From contig JADKJE010000001.1 of assembly GCA_016722515.1 (NCBI GenBank), positions 132,189 through 196,188 on the forward strand: a stretch of 64,000 nt of DNA, in the 5' to 3' direction. A program made the position numbers and the translations under genes. The notes under the pieces were generated by a model. It had not been told where the DNA came from. It did not search any database and saw only the letters and a list, made by a program, of their open reading frames with translations. The DNA comes from Alphaproteobacteria bacterium (GTDB taxonomy: Bacteria > Pseudomonadota > Alphaproteobacteria > Rickettsiales > JADKJE01). This document shows positions 1-7,952 of the stretch, piece by piece (within the stretch, counting starts at the first letter, position 1; each line of letters opens with the position of its first letter).

Positions 1-226
1 GACAATTCACAGCAAGATGCAAGTTTTTTGTGAAGTTATTCTTCATTCATTTTGCGATCCCACCACGGCAACGAAAGGTTGAGTATAAAATTTATGTTAC
101 ATTTTGATTTTAACATTCTATCCAGAGTAAAATTATTTACTCTTATGGGACGTAATGTTAAGAAGAGGAATTTATTTGGCAAAACAGATAATCGCGTCAC
201 AAAACGATCGCTTCAATACAACTCAT

Positions 227-604
227 TTATTCATACCAAGAATTATAATTCCCATACCCATGCAACTGAGTCGCTTTCATATAAGCCCTGCAATAATCAT
301 AAGCATCACGCCAAACACGTTGATAAACAGGATTATCGATCAGTGCGCCATCTTTGCGTAAACTATGAAATGCTTTGGTGAATTGGCTCCCATAGCCAGA
401 AAAAGCGCTCTCACATCCATCCGTCCAACCTTGCTGATATTCAGGTGGCCCAGGAGGCGGATTAACATTAAAGGCCCATGGCCTACCAACACCCGGCGTC
501 ATATGAAGCCCATTACAGCCACTAATGCCTAAGACAAGAATACCTACGGACACCCGTTTGAAAATAACAGGGATTCCGTCACAATATTGTAATATCTTTT
601 GCAT
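227..604 (-). CDS. small lipoprotein, paralog 1 of a local 3-member family (GWxDGCxS...YCRxY motif), function unknown
   Basis: 125-aa ORF. The signal peptide ends in lipobox ISGC. Shares QQGWTDGCESAF...FTKAF...YQRVWRDAYDYCRAY with the two neighbouring ORFs. Confidence 0.6.
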   Translation of the reverse strand: MQKILQYCDGIPVIFKRVSVGILVLGISGCNGLHMTPGVGRPWAFNVNPPPGPPEYQQGWTDGCESAFSGYGSQFTKAFHSLRKDGALIDNPVYQRVWRDAYDYCRAYMKATQLHGYGNYNSWYE

Positions 605-726
605 ATTTGCTTCAAATACAAATTAATACCTCTATTATCTCAAATTGTTTAAGGATATGTCAATAAAAACTTTGATTTTTCTTAATATACATGCTACCAT
701 GCGTGGGCATAAGGAAGATAATCTCC

Positions 727-1152
727 ATGGCCTCGTTAAGGTTATTAATATGTTTGGGAATCCTTTTACAGCTAATCGCATGTAAACCTGTTCCCTTGTG
801 GATAGGAAAAACACCTACAAACGCCGATCCCATGTTCAATATGGGGTGGAAAGATGGCTGCGAGTCTGGGTTAGCCTCCGTTAGTAACAGTTTCTATAAA
901 ACCTTTTATAAATTCCGACAGCAAGCGCATCTTATTGAAAACAACACCTATTACGGTGCCTGGTTCGATTCCTTCCGTTATTGTCGTGACTATACCGATA
1001 AATGGACGTTTGAGTCGTGGGACCGTGCCGAAAATACCGACCCCAATCAAAAACCACTTTACCAGGGTGTTGGTGATTTTTTGCTGTTTACTCCTCCACT
1101 TCACTACGAAACACCTTACGCATTTGGCGGCATCAAGAGTTTTTGGAATTGA
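727..1152 (+). CDS. small lipoprotein, paralog 2 of the GWxDGCxS...YCRxY family
   Basis: The ATG at 727 gives MASLRLLICLGILLQLIAC (lipobox LIAC). Motif NMGWKDGCESGL...FYKTFYKF...YYGAWFDSFRYCRDY. The track ORF starts at 691, but the internal ATG gives a better signal peptide. Confidence 0.6.
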   Translation: MASLRLLICLGILLQLIACKPVPLWIGKTPTNADPMFNMGWKDGCESGLASVSNSFYKTFYKFRQQAHLIENNTYYGAWFDSFRYCRDYTDKWTFESWDRAENTDPNQKPLYQGVGDFLLFTPPLHYETPYAFGGIKSFWN

Positions 1153-1631
1153 TGATGACATTACACCTACGTCACAATTTCTTCTCCTTGCTACGAATTA
1201 TTTTTTTCGTTGCTTTGCTGCCACTTGCGGCATGTACCAATGAAACAGCTAAAACATCGTTAAACCAGCTTGATTTCCTAAAACCAGCCCACTTTATTTT
1301 AAGCCAGGTACCAAGCAATGCAGATATCATCTATAAGCAAGGATGGGAAGATGGATGCAACAGTGGTATTTCGACCTTCTCAAACGAATTTTATAAAACC
1401 TTCTACCACTATCAGGTAAAAGAAGCACTCATGCACCGCACCAATTATCAACGTGCCTGGGAAACGGCTTACCATTACTGCCGTGGTTATGTTTACGGAA
1501 TTGTCAAAGAAGGCAATATGCGTGAACAACGCCCTCAGGATCAGCCCATCCAACTTCAAGGTCTAGACCAGTGGATCAACGGTTGGGGCCCCCAAATGTT
1601 TGAAAATTGGTGGGTAAAGGACGATCATTAA
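1152..1631 (+). CDS. small lipoprotein, paralog 3 of the GWxDGCxS...YCRxY family
   Basis: The ATG at 1152 overlaps the upstream TGA stop (TGATG), suggesting coupling. Lipobox LAAC. Motif KQGWEDGCNSGI...FYKTFYHY...YQRAWETAYHYCRGY. Confidence 0.6.
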   Translation: MMTLHLRHNFFSLLRIIFFVALLPLAACTNETAKTSLNQLDFLKPAHFILSQVPSNADIIYKQGWEDGCNSGISTFSNEFYKTFYHYQVKEALMHRTNYQRAWETAYHYCRGYVYGIVKEGNMREQRPQDQPIQLQGLDQWINGWGPQMFENWWVKDDH

Positions 1632-1801
1632 ACCTAATAAGAGCCCTTAGAATCAGGTTCGCCCCCCCCTATTGACTCATGACAGTTTCCTAAGAATGTA
1701 ACATAATCACACCCCTGTTCTGACTTTAAAGAGCCCCTTTCAAAAGATTGAGCCTTGTTTAAAATTGTGATAGAGTGAGAGCCATTCAATTAGGAGATGA
1801 T

Positions 1802-2836
1802 ATGTTTTCTAAACGGCTTGTTATTTTCTTGATCATTGCATTTAGTGCTCTAGCCTTCGTTTGGTCTTACCGCTTTATGCCTCAAAATATCATTCGAGTT
1901 GTTGGCTCATCCACGGTGTATCCTTTTGTTTCCAGCGTTTCCGAATCTTACCATGTAGCCACCTCAGAAAGAACTCCCATTGTTGAACATAATGGAACGG
2001 TTGGTGGTATTCAGATTTTCTGTAAAGAAAAAGGCCCCAATTCACCAGATATCCTTAATGCATCGCGTGTTATTTATCCCAGCGAACAAATGCTCTGCAA
2101 AAAGAACGGAGTTGAAGATATTCAAGGATTCAGGATTGGTTATGATGGTATTATTTTTGCCAGCTCTAATCAAACTAAGTCCATTTATTCCTTTACGAAT
2201 CACGATCTCTTTTTAGCTTTATCAGCGCGCGTCCCTAAAGAAGGCAAATTGGTTAAAAACTTTTATCAGAACTGGAAGGAAATTAACCCAAATCTTCCTG
2301 ACCTTCCAATCAAAGTCTATGGCCCACCAAGCACTTCTGGTACACGTGACGTGTTTATTGAGCAAATGATCACTAAAACCTGTATTTATCTCTCTGAGGC
2401 CATTCAACAATATCCTCAACAATATGATCGTATTCGTGAATGTAAAAGCCTGCGTGAAGATGGAAAATATCTTGAAATCGGTGAAAACGACAACGTGGCT
2501 GTCCAAAAGATTGAAAATAATCCTACTTCTTTTGCTATCTTTGGTTATAGCTATTACGACCAAAATCGCAGCCGAATTGTCGCCCACCAGATTGGTGACT
2601 TTGCGCCAACCTCAGCTAATATTATCAAGGGTGTCTATCCGCTTGGAAGACCACTATTTGTGTACTTCAAACGCTCACGCCTAGAAGAAAAACCTGAACT
2701 CAAAAAATTTCTTAAATTCCTGATTCGTGATGAAACCATAGGATCGAGTGGTTACCTGATTGACAAAGGCTTGATTCCTTTAACTGATGAGGAAAGAGTG
2801 GATACGCAGCGAGGGATGGAACCATTATTGGAATAA
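1802..2836 (+). CDS. pstS: PstS-family phosphate ABC transporter substrate-binding protein (orphan, no pstCAB nearby)
   Basis: AGGAG lies 6-7 nt upstream of the ATG at 1802. N-terminal hydrophobic anchor. Motifs VGSSTVYPF, GPPSTSGTRDVF and IFGYSYY are typical of PstS/PhoT-type periplasmic binding proteins. Confidence 0.7.
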   Translation: MFSKRLVIFLIIAFSALAFVWSYRFMPQNIIRVVGSSTVYPFVSSVSESYHVATSERTPIVEHNGTVGGIQIFCKEKGPNSPDILNASRVIYPSEQMLCKKNGVEDIQGFRIGYDGIIFASSNQTKSIYSFTNHDLFLALSARVPKEGKLVKNFYQNWKEINPNLPDLPIKVYGPPSTSGTRDVFIEQMITKTCIYLSEAIQQYPQQYDRIRECKSLREDGKYLEIGENDNVAVQKIENNPTSFAIFGYSYYDQNRSRIVAHQIGDFAPTSANIIKGVYPLGRPLFVYFKRSRLEEKPELKKFLKFLIRDETIGSSGYLIDKGLIPLTDEERVDTQRGMEPLLE

Positions 2837-2838
2837 GA

Positions 2839-3231
2839 ATGAAACATTACGATAGGCTCATTGGTTTTTATGGATTTGTTTTACTTGCATTTTTGGCAAC
2901 ACATGCGCAAGCAGAGCATGGATTTATCCCAGACACTCCAGGAAACCAGGAATATACGGATGAAGCTCCTGTGCAGAATAGCACGCGTTATTATTTTCAA
3001 AAACGTGGATTAGAAGTTGAAATCGTTGAAGATACCGATGGTACTCAATATGCTTATACTGTCTCAGCTTATGAATCACGTTTGCTTGATGACGGGCTTT
3101 ACCGTATTTCAAGAGAAATTATTTCGACCTATATTCCCGGCAAGGAAAGGCTACACCAAGGCGATTATGTCATGGTTATTTTAGGTGGGAAAGTAGCCAA
3201 TTATTATACAGCTGATGATGTGATCTATTAA
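2839..3231 (+). CDS. small secreted hypothetical protein
   Basis: 130-aa ORF starting 2 nt after the pstS stop. Signal peptide ...LLAFLATHAQA/EH. No recognisable family. Confidence 0.5.
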   Translation: MKHYDRLIGFYGFVLLAFLATHAQAEHGFIPDTPGNQEYTDEAPVQNSTRYYFQKRGLEVEIVEDTDGTQYAYTVSAYESRLLDDGLYRISREIISTYIPGKERLHQGDYVMVILGGKVANYYTADDVIY

Positions 3232-3317
3232 ACATACTCATCTTTTTTTAAGAAATAGCTTGCTATCGTTCATAACTGTTTTACGATGATTATAAGCACA
3301 TAATTTCAGGAGAGTAT

Positions 3318-5999
3318 ATGACCGATAAAAGAGATTCATTACATACACGTTCGACCATGATCGTTAATGGCCGTGAGTATGATTATTACAGCCTTGACAA
3401 AGCAGCCCAAGCACTTGGGCTAGATATTGCCCATATGCCGATCACGCATAAAATTCTTCTTGAAAACCTTTTACGTCATGAAGACGGGAAAACCGTTACT
3501 GCCAGTGATATCCAAGCCCTTATTCGCCAGGAAAAAGACCGCGAAATCGCGTATCGCCCTGCCCGTGTTTTAATGCAAGACTTTACCGGCGTTCCTGCCG
3601 TAGTGGATTTAGCCGCAATGCGTGATGCTATGCAAAGCCTAGGTGGCAAACCAGCACAAATTAATCCTCTTTCAGCCGTAGACCTGGTCATTGACCATTC
3701 GGTACAGGTTGATGCTTATGCAACAGACGATGCTTTTGATATCAATGTTAAACTGGAAATGGAGCGCAATGTCGAACGTTATAAATTTTTACGCTGGGGC
3801 CAATCAGCCTTTAAAAATTTCCGTGTCGTACCACCAGGAACCGGTATTTGTCACCAAGTTAATCTTGAATATTTAGCAAAAGTAGTTTGGAGTGACACCG
3901 AAGGCACACGAACAGTTGTCTATCCCGATACATTAGTGGGAACTGACAGCCATACCACCATGATCAATGGATTGGCCGTTTTAGGCTGGGGAGTTGGTGG
4001 TATTGAAGCCGAAGCTGCCATGCTTGGTCAACCTACCGCAATGGTTATTCCCGAAGTAGTGGGCTTTAAATTAACCGGTAAACTAAAAGAGGGCGTTACC
4101 GCAACCGACTTAGTACTGACTGTAACGAATATCTTACGTAAACATGGAGTTGTTGAAAAATTTGTCGAATTCTTTGGTGAAGGGCTTGATCACCTTTCTC
4201 TAGCTGACCGCGCGACGATTGCTAACATGGCACCTGAATATGGAGCCACCTGTGGTTATTTCCCGATCGACCAGGAAACCATCCGCTATTTGCAGTTAAG
4301 TCATCGTGATCCAGAACTCATCAGTTTAGTAGAGGCCTATGCTAAAACTCAGGAACTCTGGCGCGATAATAACAAGCAACCGAACTTCAATGAAGTGCTT
4401 GAACTTGATTTATCTTCTGTTGAACCATGTATTGCCGGCCCTAAACGTCCTCAAGATAAAATTGTGCTTAGTAACGTCGCTAACTCAGTCGTCGGACCTA
4501 CAGGTAAAGATGGTAAACCAGCGATACTCACCGATAAACGTTTTGATGTAGCAGGCAACGATTTTAACATAGGCAATGGCGATGTGGTGATTGCAGCAAT
4601 CACCAGCTGTACCAATACATCAAACCCAGGCGTCATGTTGGGTGCAGGGTTAGTGGCCCGCAAAGCGGTGGAAAAAGGCCTAACGGTAAAACCTTGGGTT
4701 AAAACGTCATTGGCTCCAGGCTCCAAAGTGGTAACCGCTTATTATGAAGCAAGTGGTCTAAACACCTATCTGGATGCGCTTGGATTTAATCTGGTAGGCT
4801 ATGGATGCACGACCTGTATTGGTAATTCCGGCCCGATGGATCCTGCTATTGAAAAAACAATTGCCGAAAATAATCTTACCGTTGCCTCGGTTCTATCAGG
4901 CAACCGAAATTTTGAAGGCCGTATACACCCTCTTACTCAAATTAATTATCTGGGTTCACCGATGCTGGTGGTTGCCTATGCATTAGCAGGTACCATGAAA
5001 ATTGATTTGGCCCATGATCCTCTTGGCAAAGGGACAGATGGTCAGGATGTTTTCCTAAAAGACATCTGGCCAACAAGCCAGGAAATACAGGACGTTGTAG
5101 CTAAATCCATTAAACCGGCCATGTTCGCCGATAAGTATGGCATTGTGTTTGAAGGCGATAAACATTGGCAATCGCTCTCCAGCAAACCAACTGAAACCTA
5201 TGATTGGGACGATAAGAGTACCTACATCAAAAACCCTCCTTACTTCGCGCAAATGGGGCTTGATATTGGTGTAGCCAAGGATATTAAAGGCGCCTCTATC
5301 CTGGCATTACTTGCCGACAGTATTACCACCGATCATATTTCACCTGCTGGATCTATTTCTAAAAACAGTCCTGCCGCGCACTATCTTATCCACCAAGGCG
5401 TGCAACCAGCTGATTTTAATTCCTATGGATCGCGACGCGGAAACCATGAAGTCATGATGCGTGGTACATTTGCCAATATTCGTATCCGCAATGAACTGGC
5501 TCCTGGAACAGAAGGTGGTTTCACCACCCATATTCCAAGCGGTGAAGTCATGCCTATTTACGATGCCTCGATGAAATACCAGGCCGCAGGAACAGAGCTC
5601 GTCATCATTGGCGGTAAGGAATATGGCACAGGCTCATCACGCGACTGGGCCGCTAAAGGCACTAAACTTTTAGGTGTTAAAGCCGTTATCGCAGAAAGCT
5701 TTGAACGTATCCACCGCTCTAATTTGGTGGGAATGGGTATTTTGCCACTGACCTTCAAACCAGGAGTTACCCGCAAAACACTTAACTTAACTGGCAAGGA
5801 AACCATTGATATCTCTGGGCTGGAGCACGGAATCACCCCACGAATGGATGTCACGTGTACGATCACCCGTGCTGATGGAACCAGCGTTTCTGTACCACTT
5901 ACCTGCCGTATTGATACCGACAATGAGGTTGAATATTACCTCCATGGCGGTATTTTACATTACACGATTCGCAAATTAATGCGCCAAAGTGTAGCCTAA
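3318..5999 (+). CDS. acnA: aconitate hydratase A
   Basis: 893 aa. Motifs DSHTTMINGLAVLGWGVGGIEAEA, ITSCTNTSNP, GCTTCIGNSG (Fe-S cysteines) and GSSRDWAAKG. Confidence 0.97.
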   Translation: MTDKRDSLHTRSTMIVNGREYDYYSLDKAAQALGLDIAHMPITHKILLENLLRHEDGKTVTASDIQALIRQEKDREIAYRPARVLMQDFTGVPAVVDLAAMRDAMQSLGGKPAQINPLSAVDLVIDHSVQVDAYATDDAFDINVKLEMERNVERYKFLRWGQSAFKNFRVVPPGTGICHQVNLEYLAKVVWSDTEGTRTVVYPDTLVGTDSHTTMINGLAVLGWGVGGIEAEAAMLGQPTAMVIPEVVGFKLTGKLKEGVTATDLVLTVTNILRKHGVVEKFVEFFGEGLDHLSLADRATIANMAPEYGATCGYFPIDQETIRYLQLSHRDPELISLVEAYAKTQELWRDNNKQPNFNEVLELDLSSVEPCIAGPKRPQDKIVLSNVANSVVGPTGKDGKPAILTDKRFDVAGNDFNIGNGDVVIAAITSCTNTSNPGVMLGAGLVARKAVEKGLTVKPWVKTSLAPGSKVVTAYYEASGLNTYLDALGFNLVGYGCTTCIGNSGPMDPAIEKTIAENNLTVASVLSGNRNFEGRIHPLTQINYLGSPMLVVAYALAGTMKIDLAHDPLGKGTDGQDVFLKDIWPTSQEIQDVVAKSIKPAMFADKYGIVFEGDKHWQSLSSKPTETYDWDDKSTYIKNPPYFAQMGLDIGVAKDIKGASILALLADSITTDHISPAGSISKNSPAAHYLIHQGVQPADFNSYGSRRGNHEVMMRGTFANIRIRNELAPGTEGGFTTHIPSGEVMPIYDASMKYQAAGTELVIIGGKEYGTGSSRDWAAKGTKLLGVKAVIAESFERIHRSNLVGMGILPLTFKPGVTRKTLNLTGKETIDISGLEHGITPRMDVTCTITRADGTSVSVPLTCRIDTDNEVEYYLHGGILHYTIRKLMRQSVA

Positions 6000-6016
6000 A
6001 AGATCATTCAACAAAT

Positions 6017-6036
6017 CCCCTCCTCTTGAGGAGGGG
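6017..6036 (+). terminator. stem-loop downstream of acnA (possible terminator)
   Basis: CCCCTCCT-cttg-AGGAGGGG, a perfect 8-bp GC-rich stem starting 18 nt after the acnA stop. No clear T-tract follows. Confidence 0.4.
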
Positions 6037-6123
6037 AAATCCCCTCTTCAAACGTTGACAACCTGAATTGTTCAGAGTAATTTACATGCAACTTATTGTT
6101 TACTCTATCAGGCGTGATTTATT

Positions 6124-6780
6124 ATGCTTCAGTTCAACCATGAACTACGTTTACGTATCCTCTCTTCAGCGGTCTTATTACCAGTTGCATTAGCTTCTAT
6201 TATCGCTGGAGAAATGTGGTTTGCAGCCCTTATTCTGGCTGGAGCCGTTTTAATGAGTTTTGAGTGGAATCAATTGATTACCGCTCGCGGACATATCCCC
6301 GAAAAAAGATGGCATTTTGTAGGGATTGCGTATGTAGGCGCACCTTGCCTAGCCTTGCTTTATTTACGTGAACAGGGGCTTCCTATTACGTTATGGTTAT
6401 TTGCCGTTATCTGGTCACTGGATATTGGTGCTTACTTCACCGGTAAAACATTTGGCGGTCCCAAACTGGCTCCCCAAATAAGCCCAGGCAAAACCTGGAC
6501 GGGTCTAGCAGGTGGCGTTCTTGCTTCAATGGTTGTTGGTGGATTTATTTCTGTATTCACTGGCGGCAATAGTGTAGAGATGACCATTCTGGCATCAATC
6601 CTTTCGGTCATTGCCCAATGTGGTGATCTTTTTGAATCATGGGTTAAGCGGGTTTTTGGCGTGAAAGACAGTGGAAACTTAATTCCAGGGCATGGAGGTA
6701 TTTTAGATCGTGTCGATGGTCTCGTTCCAACAGCCCCGTTGCTTGCTCTTTATAACCTGATGTTTGGACCACTATTATGA
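6124..6780 (+). CDS. cdsA: phosphatidate cytidylyltransferase
   Basis: Polytopic membrane ORF with the CDS signature SWVKRVFGVKDSGNLIPGHGGILDRVDG. Confidence 0.9.
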   Translation: MLQFNHELRLRILSSAVLLPVALASIIAGEMWFAALILAGAVLMSFEWNQLITARGHIPEKRWHFVGIAYVGAPCLALLYLREQGLPITLWLFAVIWSLDIGAYFTGKTFGGPKLAPQISPGKTWTGLAGGVLASMVVGGFISVFTGGNSVEMTILASILSVIAQCGDLFESWVKRVFGVKDSGNLIPGHGGILDRVDGLVPTAPLLALYNLMFGPLL

Positions 6781-7952
6781 TCCAGCCAAAGCGCGTATCC
6801 ATTCTTGGATCTACGGGCTCCATTGGCCAACATTCGCTTCATTTAATCAAGCAGCACCCTGAGCTCTTTGCTGTTGAATGCTTAACCGCTCATCGCAATG
6901 TTGATTTGCTAGCAAAGCAGGCCATTGAATTTAATGCCAAACATGCCGTTATCGCCGATGAAGGGTTATTTGCCGATTTAAAATCAGCGCTCTTTGGCAC
7001 ATCCATTCATGTGAGTGCCGGATTAAACGCCATTGACGATGCCGCGTCAATCCCTGCTGAAGTCGTCGTTGCAGGGATTGTTGGCGCTGTTGGCCTAAAA
7101 CCCACCATGACGGCTATCAAGCAAGGAACAACCATTGCCTTTGCTAATAAGGAATGTCTGGTCTGCGCTGGCGATATTATGCTTGATGCCGTAAAACACC
7201 ATAATGCCACTCTTATACCCGTTGACTCCGAGCATTCAGCTATTTTTCAGGTTTTCGATACCACGGATCCCCAATCGGTTGAAAAAATTATTTTAACCGC
7301 ATCGGGTGGCCCCCTCCTCAATTATCCACTTGAAGCCTTATCTATGGTTAAACCTGAACAGGCATTAAACCACCCAACCTGGAATATGGGAGCCAAAATT
7401 TCAATTGATTCTGCCACGATGATGAATAAGGGACTTGAGATTATTGAGGCTCACTATCTCTTTCCAGTTAGGCTTGATCAGATTGATGTCCTCATTCATC
7501 CAGAATCCATCATTCACAGCATGGTTCAATATCAAGATGGATCAGTCCTTGCCCAATTGGGTACACCTGATATGTGCACACCACTATCCTACGCGCTTCA
7601 TTATCCACAACGGCTTGCAGTGAAGAGCAAACGCCTTGATTTGGTTCAACTAAAAACGCTCTCATTCTTTGAGCCCGACCTCAGCCGCTTTCCTGCCTTG
7701 ACCTTAGCCAGGCAAGCATTGACGGCAGGTCTTCATGCTACCATTATGTTAAATAGCGCCAATGAAGTCGCGGTTGATTTATATCTTAACAACAAGATTC
7801 GTTTTACAGACATCACTCTGTTGATTGAATCTTGCCTGCAAGTACTCCCTTCTGATGGCACGATAAGCACAATAGACGATGTTATACATTATAATGAGCT
7901 ATGCAACATCACGGCTCTTGAAATTGCTCATTCCGGTACTTTTACGTACTAG
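6777..7952 (+). CDS. dxr: 1-deoxy-D-xylulose 5-phosphate reductoisomerase
   Basis: ATGA overlap with cdsA. Motifs ILGSTGSIGQ (NADPH binding), DSEHSAIFQ and NKGLEIIEAHYLF. Confidence 0.95.
   Translation: MIQPKRVSILGSTGSIGQHSLHLIKQHPELFAVECLTAHRNVDLLAKQAIEFNAKHAVIADEGLFADLKSALFGTSIHVSAGLNAIDDAASIPAEVVVAGIVGAVGLKPTMTAIKQGTTIAFANKECLVCAGDIMLDAVKHHNATLIPVDSEHSAIFQVFDTTDPQSVEKIILTASGGPLLNYPLEALSMVKPEQALNHPTWNMGAKISIDSATMMNKGLEIIEAHYLFPVRLDQIDVLIHPESIIHSMVQYQDGSVLAQLGTPDMCTPLSYALHYPQRLAVKSKRLDLVQLKTLSFFEPDLSRFPALTLARQALTAGLHATIMLNSANEVAVDLYLNNKIRFTDITLLIESCLQVLPSDGTISTIDDVIHYNELCNITALEIAHSGTFTY

Noticed and set aside
52-381. ORFs 52-381 and 155-361 on the plus strand
   Set aside because: They overlap the better-supported minus-strand lipoprotein gene (227-604). 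They have no start context and show odd composition (His/Asn/Ile-rich), as expected for antisense reading of an AT-rich gene.
1679-1685. CTGTCAT (Pho-box half-site, minus strand) upstream of pstS
   Set aside because: Only one half-site is present. No second CTGTCAT-like repeat lies at the expected 11-bp spacing, and the orientation is opposite to the gene.
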